The notes beneath the pieces are model-generated. The model was not told where the DNA came from and did not search any database. It worked only from the letters and a program-made list of their open reading frames with translations. From the NCBI GenBank assembly GCA_021713395.1, contig JAKJJT010000014.1:2628-34627 (forward strand): 32,000 bases of DNA. The letters run 5' to 3'. Position numbers and translations under genes: made by a program. This document shows positions 8,058 through 18,653 of this stretch, in pieces. How positions within the stretch are numbered: the first letter of the stretch is position 1; every line of letters starts with the position of its first letter. Source of the DNA: Thiotrichales bacterium 19S9-11 (GTDB lineage: Bacteria > Pseudomonadota > Gammaproteobacteria > Francisellales > Francisellaceae).

Positions 8058-8178
8058 AGTATTACACTCCTTGCTTTAGTGACTTAGTTAGAAATTTTTA
8101 ATACTTAGAGTTAGAATAAAAGATATTAATCTGGGATAAATCGCGACAGAAATCTCTATAACCGTAGGACTTAATTAA

Positions 8179-8523
8179 ATGACACCAGACAAAAAACGCT
8201 CTACAAAACAGAATGCTAAAGATGTAAAAATAAATCTCAGCCTGATGGTTATTCTTCTTTCTGGGTTTTTTACATTTTCCATAGGTTTGGAGTATTTTTC
8301 TTTTAAATATCTCTTGGCTATATATGTAATAGTTAATGCTGGTTTTGTTTACCTGATCTTTATAATAAGAAATAAGTGGCTGAAAAATTTTAAACCATAC
8401 CACACTGTTCAAACTCAAATATTTGAAAGTCATAGAACTAATAATACTAACGAAAAAATTGATGACTTGTATCATCCATGCAGTATAAATGTACAATCTC
8501 CATACTACCTTTTTAGGGATTAA
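8179..8523 (+). CDS. small two-TM membrane protein on the opposite strand between traG and traT; candidate entry-exclusion protein
   Basis: 114 aa: basic N-terminus, two clear TM helices, polar C-terminus. My approximate hand count of the + frame gives G+C at codon position 1 above position 3 (about 41 vs 29 of 115). That is the expected coding pattern, and it is inverted for the overlapping minus ORF 8098..8544, which also starts with GTG. Confidence 0.45.
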   Translation: MTPDKKRSTKQNAKDVKINLSLMVILLSGFFTFSIGLEYFSFKYLLAIYVIVNAGFVYLIFIIRNKWLKNFKPYHTVQTQIFESHRTNNTNEKIDDLYHPCSINVQSPYYLFRD

Positions 8524-8536
8524 TATAGAATAATAA

Positions 8537-11299
8537 CTACTCACTAATCATCCCCTTTGCTGATTCTTTTAATGCAGATAAATCACTAAGTGCAACTCCA
8601 TTCTTAAACTCTTCTTTAGACTTAAACTGGTTGTCTTGAAGACCATGATTAATCTTATCTTGGCCTGATTTGGTCTGATCTAAAACTTCTGCACTAATAA
8701 TATTATTTTGTTGCATTAAACTCTGTTGTTTTTCTCTTCTTTGTAAATTTTTAACCTCTTCAATTTCCCTTTTTGAGACATAATTCAACTTATTTTTTGT
8801 TTGCTCATCAAACAATTCTTTTGACTTTTGATAGCCTCCAATAATATCTGCATCACTACTTAACTGTTCTGAGTCCTTATGGTATCGATCTGAGTTAATA
8901 TCCATTTCAATATTACGCACTTGATTCTCGGCCTCTTTGCTTATTAGCTCTTTTCCTTGATCTGACGATAAGAACTCTTTCCCCCACGTCATCTGAGTCT
9001 TAAGCTTTTCTCCACTAGTTGCACTTAAAACATCTAACGCCTGCTCTCCCTTATTTGCCACTGCCCATTGAACGAAAGCACTATTAAAGTTAGTATTGAT
9101 TGTCTGGCTATTTGACTGAGTTAATGACGCTGCTTTAGCATAATTATCTGATTCTAAATACTCAGTTGATGCTTGATTACTTAAACTTTCTGCTTTGGTC
9201 AAATCAACTGCTATTTGTTCTGCTTTTGATAGGCCATGGTTATCCTCCCCATCAAGATGATTATTTTTAGCAGTCATTAATGCATGGCTATATGACTGAT
9301 TAAATGATTCTCCCTCTTGTGAATTAAGAAAGTCCCTTATGGCGCTTGCTTGTGAGTGATCATGCCCTGCATTTGCTCCAACACCAACATTAGCTCCTGT
9401 TCCAAATATTTTAAATCCACCACTTGCTTCTGCTTTTAATAACTCAGATAAATTTACTTGATTATTTGAATCATGACTTATATTCCAAGCATGTATTAAC
9501 TCCTTCATTTTTCTAAAGTCTTGATTAATCCCATAAGTATCTGAAACACTTAAGCTATTGCCTGAGCGATAATCATTACTGTCTGACAAATTGAAATTAT
9601 CTGCTGCTCTGAATGCAGATTGATAACTCTGATCTGCTGATGCTCTTAAAGCATCACCTCGATGTTTAGCTTGCCGTGCTGACTCTGTTAACATTTGACT
9701 TGTAGTCTGAGATCCTTGAACATCTACAGCTAAATTTGATAGTGCTGGTGTTGCATTAATAACATGACCTCCGTTAGAAGATGTTGTAATAATTGAGCCA
9801 TTGCTTTCTTGATGAGATGACATGCCACGATAGTCTGTCGAATTTAAATCATGCTTATGCGCATTGACATTGTCATAATTAGCATTCCAACCAGAAAACT
9901 GACCAACTGAAATATTGCCCGCTGCTGCCGCATTAGCTGCACCATGTACTGCGCTTTGTGTAACACTTCCTAGCAATTGAGAGGCACTTGCAAATGCATT
10001 AGCCATACCTGAAACTAATCCTTTTGATATAAACGGAATAGCCATTGCCAAAAAGCCAGCTGTAAAAGCCATATCAGAGTGAATCATTGCTGTTGGATGA
10101 AGGTTTGAGAGAGTAATCCCTCCTTCTTGCTGCCCAAAAATATTTGTCTTAACTGATGCATAGAATGAGACAAAAAAATGAATAATTGAAAACATGGGAG
10201 GCCATGACCATAACCAAATCATTGTTCCTATAAATGTCATATATGCCTTATAAAAAAATGGGAAAAAACTTAAAAGTATAATGATTGGAAATAGACACAT
10301 CATCAGTATCCAAAGGCAAGCATTTAACATTGGTAAGCGATAGCCTGCCATTAGAAAGGTGTTTACTTCTGCTATTCTGAGATTATTCATTGAAGATGTA
10401 TTAACAAAGTTAATTACATTAGCCGCATCTCCAGAAAATGCCATGGTATCTGATATAGAGTTACGAACCTTATTAATTAACATGTTTTGAGTTAATAAAC
10501 TAGTTCCAGACTGAGAGACACCCAGAAAATAATTCTGTGCATTAGAAAGATTACTCTCAAATCTTGCTTTATCACCAGAATCAAAACTATTTGAAAACTT
10601 CTGTGCTTCCTTTTCTGCTGCGTCATTAATTTGGTCTTTAAGATGAGTTGCAGCATCTTTACAACTAACATTCCCAACATCATGCAAAACAACATGATAA
10701 ACAACTGATGGGTCATTAAATAACTCTGTCATTAAATTAGGTGATTTAATTAAATCATCTGCTGATAATTGATGCGTTACTTTTAACTTCGCTACAATTA
10801 TACATTGACGAATATAGTTGCTTAAATCCGCATCTAAACTTGGCGTTGAACCAAAATCTGCGCTACTTGATGCCAATGCTATTCTTGATCCATAAAGCAT
10901 CCCTGTCTGGTTATAGCCCATATCATCAGGCATATGAAAAGTATCTTCAAATACTTGAGAAATCCCTCTACCTACTTGAGAGACAAAAGCGGCTGGCAAA
11001 GCTACCCCAATCGGTACATCACTAACAGAGTGAGTATCCATTGGTCTTTGCATATCAATAATAGCTACTGGTGTTTTTAGACCAATTAGGATAAATAATA
11101 TGCTAAAGCTCATGACAATATAACGAAGCATGCTCTCAATTTTTTTACCTGTAATAAATTGATAAGCTGCTCCGCCAACACCTAATGTCATTGCTATATT
11201 AATTGCAGAATGAAAAGTACTACTGCCAACTAATAAAACAAGTGAGTTAAGTGCTTCTTCTGCTAAATCTCCAGCCATTGGGGTATATATTTCAAGCAT
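8537..11299 (-). CDS. traG: TraG (F-type; VirB6-like N-domain, mating-pair stabilisation / exclusion-target C-domain)
   Basis: 920 aa. Polytopic N-terminal half and a long polar C-terminal half. Positioned after traH. Confidence 0.9.
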   Translation of the reverse strand: MLEIYTPMAGDLAEEALNSLVLLVGSSTFHSAINIAMTLGVGGAAYQFITGKKIESMLRYIVMSFSILFILIGLKTPVAIIDMQRPMDTHSVSDVPIGVALPAAFVSQVGRGISQVFEDTFHMPDDMGYNQTGMLYGSRIALASSSADFGSTPSLDADLSNYIRQCIIVAKLKVTHQLSADDLIKSPNLMTELFNDPSVVYHVVLHDVGNVSCKDAATHLKDQINDAAEKEAQKFSNSFDSGDKARFESNLSNAQNYFLGVSQSGTSLLTQNMLINKVRNSISDTMAFSGDAANVINFVNTSSMNNLRIAEVNTFLMAGYRLPMLNACLWILMMCLFPIIILLSFFPFFYKAYMTFIGTMIWLWSWPPMFSIIHFFVSFYASVKTNIFGQQEGGITLSNLHPTAMIHSDMAFTAGFLAMAIPFISKGLVSGMANAFASASQLLGSVTQSAVHGAANAAAAGNISVGQFSGWNANYDNVNAHKHDLNSTDYRGMSSHQESNGSIITTSSNGGHVINATPALSNLAVDVQGSQTTSQMLTESARQAKHRGDALRASADQSYQSAFRAADNFNLSDSNDYRSGNSLSVSDTYGINQDFRKMKELIHAWNISHDSNNQVNLSELLKAEASGGFKIFGTGANVGVGANAGHDHSQASAIRDFLNSQEGESFNQSYSHALMTAKNNHLDGEDNHGLSKAEQIAVDLTKAESLSNQASTEYLESDNYAKAASLTQSNSQTINTNFNSAFVQWAVANKGEQALDVLSATSGEKLKTQMTWGKEFLSSDQGKELISKEAENQVRNIEMDINSDRYHKDSEQLSSDADIIGGYQKSKELFDEQTKNKLNYVSKREIEEVKNLQRREKQQSLMQQNNIISAEVLDQTKSGQDKINHGLQDNQFKSKEEFKNGVALSDLSALKESAKGMISE

Positions 11300-12687
11300 T
11301 AGAGCTGCTCCTTAATCGCATCTTTAAAAGCGGGTGATAAATTTGATAATGATTGCTTAACCAACTGATTTACTGACATGCTCACATTTAAAACACTTTG
11401 ATACTGTAAGCGGGCTTGATTACTAAATGATTTAACATACTCTTTCGTTGATTGAATAGATTTCAATAGGTTCTGAATATTCCCTTGGTCTAATTGAAGT
11501 GTTGACATAGATGATTCGATAATATCAATTGCTTCACTTAAGTAGTCACTTAATAAGTCAGCAGCAACTAGCTCTGCAAATGCATCTAAGTTATCAGTGC
11601 CTAAATCTTCCTGGGCATTTGCTGATACCACTGAAAACACTGGAGATTGAGTGATAGCAATAAGCCCTATTTCTTCATCAGTTAAAGTTTGATTATTTTT
11701 TAATCGCGTATAAATATCATCTAATTGCTTTCTAACTTGGCTTACTAAGCTATTTTCAACAGTAATTGTTTGATAGGTATCACCAGAAAATTTAACGTTT
11801 AAACATTTATTAGAACTTGCATCTTCACACTGATAAGTTGGAACTTTTCCACCATAGAGCATTGCCTTAACAAAATCACTGTTACTGACTCTTGATGAAT
11901 ACGGCGTCACTGCTCCATCATCATCAAAAACAACAGTCCCTGACATACTCATATAAAGCTCACCTAGCTTTTGGTCAGAAGATAAGAACCCATTTTTTTT
12001 AATAACATTATCCCAGATGATATTAGTGTCTTTATAAACTCTATAACTGTACTTTGGATCATCTTTTGCTTTATCTAATTGGTTATCAATATCCCCTCCT
12101 GTTGCACAACTCTGACGGCTTTGCGCCCAATCAGAAAATACACTTGTGTGTGTACCAATATCTTCACAAACTTGTTGTTGAGATGCTCTTGATTGAGACC
12201 ATGCCCCACCGACTAAGTCTTCTGCCATCTCACATGAGTTATAGTTTTGTGAATTCACTTTATTTGCTAACTCCTGCATATATTGCATGGCATGTGCAAT
12301 TTCAGGTAATTCAACTTCAAGCGCTAGGTTAAATGCATAGCCTGCACCTGATGATAAAATTGATTGCATAAACTGAACGATTTGATCCGCTGTAATAAAA
12401 GAAAATCCACCAGCAAACAAATCAATACCACCACAACCTGAACGAAAGCCAGGTGCATCAAGATGCATAATTTGAATATTTCTAACACGATTTCTTGCAT
12501 AAATTGAACCAAATGTTGCGTACCCTGCCGCTTGAGATTTATATGTACTTGGAGAGCTTGCATGAGATTGGAAGCCCAAATTATTAAAGAAATTGTTTAA
12601 ATCACTGTTAGCATCAGCAAAAACTGAACTTATAAGGCTAAATATTAATAAAATACTCAAGCTTACTTTTTTAACCTTACTAACCAT
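11299..12687 (-). CDS. traH: TraH
   Basis: Signal peptide, then DLNNFFNNLGF...QAAGYATFGSIYAR...GCGGIDLFAGGFSFI, matching the conserved N-terminal blocks of F TraH. Confidence 0.92.
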   Translation of the reverse strand: MVSKVKKVSLSILLIFSLISSVFADANSDLNNFFNNLGFQSHASSPSTYKSQAAGYATFGSIYARNRVRNIQIMHLDAPGFRSGCGGIDLFAGGFSFITADQIVQFMQSILSSGAGYAFNLALEVELPEIAHAMQYMQELANKVNSQNYNSCEMAEDLVGGAWSQSRASQQQVCEDIGTHTSVFSDWAQSRQSCATGGDIDNQLDKAKDDPKYSYRVYKDTNIIWDNVIKKNGFLSSDQKLGELYMSMSGTVVFDDDGAVTPYSSRVSNSDFVKAMLYGGKVPTYQCEDASSNKCLNVKFSGDTYQTITVENSLVSQVRKQLDDIYTRLKNNQTLTDEEIGLIAITQSPVFSVVSANAQEDLGTDNLDAFAELVAADLLSDYLSEAIDIIESSMSTLQLDQGNIQNLLKSIQSTKEYVKSFSNQARLQYQSVLNVSMSVNQLVKQSLSNLSPAFKDAIKEQL

Positions 12688-13168
12688 TTTGACTTTCCTT
12701 AATATGCGATAGTAACTCAGCCATTCTTTGTGCTAATTGATAAGGCTCTGCCTCACCAAATAGAACTGGATACGCTTGATCAGTGTATTTATTCTGTAGA
12801 AATAATGCTGGCACTACTGCTTGAAAACCACCTGCCAAGAAATAGTCCTGATAGTTTTTAGATCTCATTTTCTTACCTTTAAAGCCATCTAATTCACCAC
12901 CATCTGTTGAATATGAAATAACCTTAACTTGGTAGTAATTAGCAAAATCCTTTAAAACAGGTGCTAATTGATGACAGTGCGGACAAGTACTTCGATAAAA
13001 GAAAATAAAAACATAATCATCAAGCTCATGGGTAGCGGAATGAGACTTTACTTGAGTAACTGAACTTTTATGGTGTTGACTCAATAAAGCACTAATCTGA
13101 TCTTCAGGCTTATTGGCAAAGGTATTTTGTGTTAAAACGATTAAAATAATGATGATTACTTTTTTCAT
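12680..13168 (-). CDS. trbB: TrbB, periplasmic thiol:disulfide isomerase (thioredoxin fold)
   Basis: 162 aa. Signal peptide and a CPHC active site (FFYRSTCPHCHQLAPV). Lies between traF and traH. Confidence 0.8.
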   Translation of the reverse strand: MKKVIIIILIVLTQNTFANKPEDQISALLSQHHKSSVTQVKSHSATHELDDYVFIFFYRSTCPHCHQLAPVLKDFANYYQVKVISYSTDGGELDGFKGKKMRSKNYQDYFLAGGFQAVVPALFLQNKYTDQAYPVLFGEAEPYQLAQRMAELLSHIKESQNG

Positions 13169-13992
13169 AACTGAGTCTCTCCTAAACCTTCATAACTAAA
13201 ACGTTTAAATTGATTAGCCACATCCAAAAATCGAAGTTTTAAATCATTGGTTGATATATACCCATAACTTAGTGTTTTCATTTCTTTGGTTTTTAAATTA
13301 ACTAAAAATAAAGCCGGTAAATATTTAGCTTTTAATGGAACTTTTAGATTTGCCTTTTCAATAGGAATACTCTTTGGGTTAGGTAGACCAATAATTGGTT
13401 TATCATCAACTGTGACTGATACCATTGAAAAACGGTATCCTTTCACTAAAGGCAATAAAACTTCACCAATAAATTTTTGGCAAATTGCAGAGTTTCCTTG
13501 ATAAAAAAGAATCAAACCATAATGATCTGACATCTCGCTAACAACACGTTCAACCAATACTTTTTGCTCATCATTTCGTACTGGAATCGCATTATTATCC
13601 GTTGGAAAATTAAGCTTATAATCAAGCTCTGGATGCTCTAATAAAGCTTCTTGCCAGGTTTTTACAAATGCTTGGTTTTGCTTTGCCCAGTATTGCTGTG
13701 CTTTCATATAGTTCGCAGTATGTTCTTTAGTAGGCTCTAAAAGAGCCGTTGCTAAAATATTTTTTGTTTGCATACTTAAATCTTGAAGTTTCTGATACGG
13801 TGTTACTGGACTTTTAGATACCGTTTCTATAACGCTTGGTTTTGGTGATTCTTCTTCAAAATTATTAGGTTTAACTTCTTGATCTAAGCGATACCAGTGA
13901 AACCCTTGAGGCTGATCATAATTAAAATTAGCCAGTAAGATAGCTGGTTGAAAACAGATAATAAGAAACAATAGATTTATAGTTAATCTCAT
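13165..13992 (-). CDS. traF: TraF (thioredoxin-like pilus assembly protein lacking CXXC)
   Basis: 275 aa. Signal peptide, GFHWY motif, and LILFYQGNSAICQKF in place of a CXXC site. Confidence 0.85.
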   Translation of the reverse strand: MRLTINLLFLIICFQPAILLANFNYDQPQGFHWYRLDQEVKPNNFEEESPKPSVIETVSKSPVTPYQKLQDLSMQTKNILATALLEPTKEHTANYMKAQQYWAKQNQAFVKTWQEALLEHPELDYKLNFPTDNNAIPVRNDEQKVLVERVVSEMSDHYGLILFYQGNSAICQKFIGEVLLPLVKGYRFSMVSVTVDDKPIIGLPNPKSIPIEKANLKVPLKAKYLPALFLVNLKTKEMKTLSYGYISTNDLKLRFLDVANQFKRFSYEGLGETQL

Positions 13993-16004
13993 TTCTTCAC
14001 CTTTAACTGATTTTGAATACTTAAAGCCATAGCTTCTGTATTTGGATTATCTGTTGGTGTAGATGGTGAGTTATTATTTAAATCTTCTTGAATCTGCTCA
14101 TTAATTGCATCTTGCATTTCTTCTGATGAAGGTGAATCAACTGACATATCCCCTGCTAAACCTGATGCCTCATTCGGTGAACCATTTGGGTAGATATAAA
14201 TCGGATCAATGTAGTTGATTTGATCAAAATCAAGCAGTTCGAACTCATCCATGGTAAAACCAGAACAATCAGGATGTTCTGCTGAACCATAACCTCTTGA
14301 AACCTGAGACCTACCATAATCTTCTGTGATACGTGCCATTTTAGAGTCCCAAACACAATAGACTTCATGCTCAGCTGTACAAACGCCTAAGACCTGGGTA
14401 TGACAATATTTCCCAACATAACTAACTAAATAATTCTTCTTATCTTCTGAAAGCTTTTTCTCCTCATCTGAGCAATTAGCTAAACCTAAATCACTACCCC
14501 ACCCATCATCAACACAACAATCTTGATAATTTGCTATATCGATAGAACATTCTTGAGAATGACCATTAAAGAAATTAACCTGGCTATTTGCATTTAGATC
14601 ATCAATTGCTCCAGAGACTGCTGCAACTTCTGATATATCTTGACCAAAGTTTTCATTAAACTCTGGATTTTGTTCAGCGCAATCTCCGTCAATACAAAAG
14701 ACATTATTCGCGCACGCTATATTATTTCCATCACAAACACGTGTTGGGCAACTGTACTCATATTCAGATCGAACACATTGACCCAATAAATCTTCAACAC
14801 AATTTGAATGGGTCATATCACAGGTATTTTGATAACTATTACAACTATTAATATCGATTGATGCACTACAGGTATAATTTTGTGTTTCCTGCCAACAGTC
14901 CTGATAAATTGGTTTTCCATTAATATTTCTTGTCTCAGCACCACTTGTACAGTAAGGCTCTCCATTTACACTACAATTAGCTGGTTGACTACCATCAGAC
15001 CAAGGACAACTACTCTTCCATCCTGTTACTCTATTTTCTGACTGGTCTAATGGATATTCGACAAACGTACCATAAATAAGCGTGTTAATTCCAACCCCAG
15101 TTGCAAACCATGCACCAACTGACACTGAATATGTATCAACTGTATCAGATGGCGCTATTTCAATTGAATTTTCATAGTAACCTGGTGAATATATGGTAGG
15201 TAAATAGACAGTTCCTACATTCGATACCGTTTCATGAACGCCTGCAGAAGTATTGCTAAATTGCTTAAGCAATGATGCAAAAACAACAACTCTAACATGC
15301 TCATAATTAGCTGGTGTTATAAGACTTGAAGGTGACGTTCTATTAAGTGAGGTATCATATCCTTTAAGCTTCCAACTCTTAATCCCTGTTTGACAAAAAC
15401 CTTGACTATTAGCTCCAGCAATAGTTTGTATATTCTCTCCTGTTATTAAATAATGTGTACAGTTAGGGGCTCCTACTTTAACTGTTTCTACAATAGGCTC
15501 ACTTGTGCAAGTTGTATCAAAACTATTACTTATTTGACAACTAGCAGGTTCATAAGCAATCCGACAGCTTTTCCCACTTTCACAGTCAATTTTGTCATCT
15601 GATATGCCATGTGTAATATTATAACTATGTTCTTGAATCATAATTGAGTCTTGATAAGTCGATGACTCTGGGTTGATAGTAATTCGATCTCTTGATGCAA
15701 AATTAAGATAAACTGTCGAACCAGCTTTATCTTCACTTAAATGAAAATTGCCTTCTGACTCAAGCTCTGAGCTGTACTGATCAACACCATGATAATAACT
15801 TGTTTGTGATGGGTTAGGATCATAATCAGTAAATGTTTCATCAGGATCAAATGAATTTGCTGCATCAACAACAGCACTCTGATTATCATTTATAACATCC
15901 TGATCATTGTAATAATCAATCTCTGTTTGATCTGAAAAGCTCAAACTTGTCGATACTAAAAATAATAAAATTGAAATGAAAGACTTACCCATGATACCCA
16001 CCAT
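13989..16004 (-). CDS. traN: TraN, cysteine-rich outer-membrane mating-pair stabilisation protein
   Basis: 671 aa. Signal peptide, many Cys in the central and C-terminal parts. Lies after trbC. The true start may be the second ATG, at 15992. Confidence 0.85.
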   Translation of the reverse strand: MVGIMGKSFISILLFLVSTSLSFSDQTEIDYYNDQDVINDNQSAVVDAANSFDPDETFTDYDPNPSQTSYYHGVDQYSSELESEGNFHLSEDKAGSTVYLNFASRDRITINPESSTYQDSIMIQEHSYNITHGISDDKIDCESGKSCRIAYEPASCQISNSFDTTCTSEPIVETVKVGAPNCTHYLITGENIQTIAGANSQGFCQTGIKSWKLKGYDTSLNRTSPSSLITPANYEHVRVVVFASLLKQFSNTSAGVHETVSNVGTVYLPTIYSPGYYENSIEIAPSDTVDTYSVSVGAWFATGVGINTLIYGTFVEYPLDQSENRVTGWKSSCPWSDGSQPANCSVNGEPYCTSGAETRNINGKPIYQDCWQETQNYTCSASIDINSCNSYQNTCDMTHSNCVEDLLGQCVRSEYEYSCPTRVCDGNNIACANNVFCIDGDCAEQNPEFNENFGQDISEVAAVSGAIDDLNANSQVNFFNGHSQECSIDIANYQDCCVDDGWGSDLGLANCSDEEKKLSEDKKNYLVSYVGKYCHTQVLGVCTAEHEVYCVWDSKMARITEDYGRSQVSRGYGSAEHPDCSGFTMDEFELLDFDQINYIDPIYIYPNGSPNEASGLAGDMSVDSPSSEEMQDAINEQIQEDLNNNSPSTPTDNPNTEAMALSIQNQLKVKK

Positions 16005-16659
16005 TTAACAAGGATTGAGCTACATCTTTAATTTCATTAGAGCCTGAAACTTGAATATCTATTAACGAATCTTTAATCGATTGATTGCCATAAACAACAT
16101 CGAATTTTTGATTTGGGCACAGCTTTTGTGCAATACAATCACTTGGCCTTTTTGTGACAACTAAAGCAGGTACAGCCTTGATGTCAAATTGCTTAAACCA
16201 AACTGGATCAATGCGAATGCCATCAAATTTTAAATGCTTATTAATTGCCTGATCTTTAATCTCTAATATAGTTTCGACTGTTTTTTTAAAGTCATTATCA
16301 ATCAAACCGCGAATAACAACAGGTATGTTGTAATCATGCGCTTGATCAATCATCTGAATAAGTAACGATTTTGGCATTGAAAACGAGACTAATAACATGC
16401 CGCCTGTATTATTTCGTCTAGGTGCTTTTGAATAAACAATTGATTGTAATTGCTTCTTACTCTGATCAATTAATTGATCGAATTGATGATAACTATTAAC
16501 CACTTGCTCATTAAAACGAATCTCGTTAATGGTATCTTTCTGACTATCTAAGATAACTTTTTCATCTTGTTTATAAGCATTAACCTGATCGTTAAAATTG
16601 CCATAACTTAATGAACTGAAGCTGACACTTAATATGAAAGTTAATATCCATCTTTTCAT
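15985..16659 (-). CDS. trbC: TrbC (F-type)
   Basis: LLVSFSMPKSLL...IPVVIRGL...IRIDPVWFKQFDIKAVPALVV blocks. Start moved to the MKRW ATG at 16659, which has a GGGAG RBS 8 nt upstream. Confidence 0.85.
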   Translation of the reverse strand: MKRWILTFILSVSFSSLSYGNFNDQVNAYKQDEKVILDSQKDTINEIRFNEQVVNSYHQFDQLIDQSKKQLQSIVYSKAPRRNNTGGMLLVSFSMPKSLLIQMIDQAHDYNIPVVIRGLIDNDFKKTVETILEIKDQAINKHLKFDGIRIDPVWFKQFDIKAVPALVVTKRPSDCIAQKLCPNQKFDVVYGNQSIKDSLIDIQVSGSNEIKDVAQSLLNGGYHG

Positions 16660-16670
16660 CAAAAAGCTCC

Positions 16671-17672
16671 CTATATATAACAACAATTACGTTTTTTAAA
16701 TATTAAAAAGCCATAATTATCACCCGCTGCTGGGTTAACATGACCTGTTTCAAATGTTGCAACTAGATGACCAAAAGGATGACACTGTGCTGCATCTGGA
16801 ATGGTATTTACCAACTGATAGCGATATCTTGACTTAGGCATAATAGGTGTTGGATATTGAAAACAAAGTGCACCATTAAAAGCACCTCTACCAATACTAT
16901 CCCAAACCAAACCCTCTCGGTGCATTTTAAAATCCATGCGTTCAGCCATTAAAACAGCTGCTTGCATTGGTGATGTTTGAAATGGTGTATTACCCGTTAA
17001 TGGATAAGTCGATCCTTGAGACCCCATGCACCAAAACAAAGCATCAATAGCTGTAAAATCATCTGTTGTGGTAATTAATGAATCAGCTGCACAAGCTTCT
17101 TGTGTTATAGGGTTTGAGAATAGTGTTGCTTCTGGGTTTAAGATAAAACCTAGTTCATCATCATTCCAAGTTGGATCAAGCTCTGTCATATAGGCTAAAT
17201 CAAAATCACCTATTTGAAGACATGCAATCGATGTAATAATCTCAAGCCAATAAACAACAGGATACTTATACCAATGAACATAATAAAATGCCCCTCTGCC
17301 ATCAGCTGCTGGCATTTCACTTCCACCAAGTCCTGCATCACTTATATCTAATTTAGTACCCATATTTACCATGCAATATGGATCTCTTGTAACATCAACT
17401 AAGGCATAAGGCTCCCAATACCCAAAACTCACACCTACCCTTTCATAAACAGGCGGTGGTGCTTCACAGGCACAAACGGGGCTTTTAGGATTTGCCGTAT
17501 CTGGGTACTCCCCTGCTGCAACAGGCACATTGCCAATTGTCATAGGAAACATACAGTCCCAACAAATATCAGTAATTGGATTAATAAAATGTCCTGCACA
17601 CGTAGATGCAAAGCTAGATGAGAAAAGTAAACTTAATAAACCAAATATAAATAATCTAAATTTGTTATCCAT
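16671..17672 (-). CDS. traU: TraU
   Basis: Signal peptide followed by CAGHFINPITDICWDCMFPMTIG, the hallmark TraU N-terminal block. Confidence 0.93.
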   Translation of the reverse strand: MDNKFRLFIFGLLSLLFSSSFASTCAGHFINPITDICWDCMFPMTIGNVPVAAGEYPDTANPKSPVCACEAPPPVYERVGVSFGYWEPYALVDVTRDPYCMVNMGTKLDISDAGLGGSEMPAADGRGAFYYVHWYKYPVVYWLEIITSIACLQIGDFDLAYMTELDPTWNDDELGFILNPEATLFSNPITQEACAADSLITTTDDFTAIDALFWCMGSQGSTYPLTGNTPFQTSPMQAAVLMAERMDFKMHREGLVWDSIGRGAFNGALCFQYPTPIMPKSRYRYQLVNTIPDAAQCHPFGHLVATFETGHVNPAAGDNYGFLIFKKRNCCYI

Positions 17673-17685
17673 CTTCTAAAGTTCC

Positions 17686-18312
17686 TTAAATAAATTCCTT
17701 TCGACCGATTACTGTTATTTTCCAATTCAAATGATCTTGTTCAGCAATCGCTGGGACGTGAGTAATATGAAGCTTTTGAGTAATTAGTCCTTTCTGATCG
17801 TAATAAATACGACCAAATATTTTCGAAAGTTTTTTTATCTCGCCACCTGTTAAAATGAACTTCACCCAATGATATTTTTGATAATTATTCTTTACCCATC
17901 GAACCTGATCTTTATCGTCACCATTAAAGAAAAATAAAACTTCTTTTAAATGAACCGTTCTAAATGGATTAACTGTTGTACCTGCTTTTACCAAAACACG
18001 TCCTGTATGATCTGTAATATTTTTATTTAACTGAATTGATGGATTGACTGTAAAAGTCTCTGTATCACTTTGAGTGCTTAACGGTAAAATTGGAGGATGA
18101 TTAACATTATGTGCCACACGTCTTTTGGCTTCTTCTTCATAATGAGCTAACTCCCCTGTCTCTTTCATGTGATTTAGACGATCATATATAAAATCTCTAA
18201 AGTCCTCTTCTTGAACTTCAAATGTCTGACCACCCTGCTCTAAAATTTTTGCATAAAGCATTTGATTAAAGAGGACTAAAAGAAGCATTAAAATAAAACG
18301 AACATAAATCAT
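17686..18312 (-). CDS. traW: TraW
   Basis: 208 aa secreted protein located between trbI and traU. Called on size and position, with weak recalled similarity. Confidence 0.75.
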   Translation of the reverse strand: MIYVRFILMLLLVLFNQMLYAKILEQGGQTFEVQEEDFRDFIYDRLNHMKETGELAHYEEEAKRRVAHNVNHPPILPLSTQSDTETFTVNPSIQLNKNITDHTGRVLVKAGTTVNPFRTVHLKEVLFFFNGDDKDQVRWVKNNYQKYHWVKFILTGGEIKKLSKIFGRIYYDQKGLITQKLHITHVPAIAEQDHLNWKITVIGRKEFI

Positions 18313-18653
18313 AACGCATGCTCCATTGTATTTAAGTTTTCTTGAATGATTTCATCTGTTAGATCAATACCTGATGCATCATAAAGTGTTGTTGCAGTAA
18401 TAAGATTGATATGATGAGCTTCTCCATAAGCTTTAATGGTGATAGCTAAATTAGCATTATAAAGCTTAATAAAGGCCTCTTGCTCAGGCGCTTTCATCTT
18501 TGATGCAATCAGCTTAATTGGTTTATTAATTACCTCTTTCATATTAATAAAACCAATTGTTTGATGGTTACTTTTAGCCAATAAAAAACCAACCCATAGA
18601 GCGAGCAATATGCCTGCTACAAGTAAAATTATTTTTGAAGATAGCTTAGACAT
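18309..18653 (-). CDS. trbI: TrbI (F-type)
   Basis: About 114 aa. Single N-terminal TM segment, located between traC and traW. Start placed at MSKLSS (ATG 18651-18653), overlapping the traC stop by 8 nt. Confidence 0.65.
   Translation of the reverse strand: MSKLSSKIILLVAGILLALWVGFLLAKSNHQTIGFINMKEVINKPIKLIASKMKAPEQEAFIKLYNANLAITIKAYGEAHHINLITATTLYDASGIDLTDEIIQENLNTMEHAL

Noticed and set aside
8098-8544. Co-directional 148-aa ORF as traS
   Set aside because: Not fully rejected, but downgraded. It has a GTG start buried in the traG stop codon region, an inverted codon-position G+C pattern and a Cys/Trp/Tyr-rich composition. The opposite-strand ORF fits coding statistics better.
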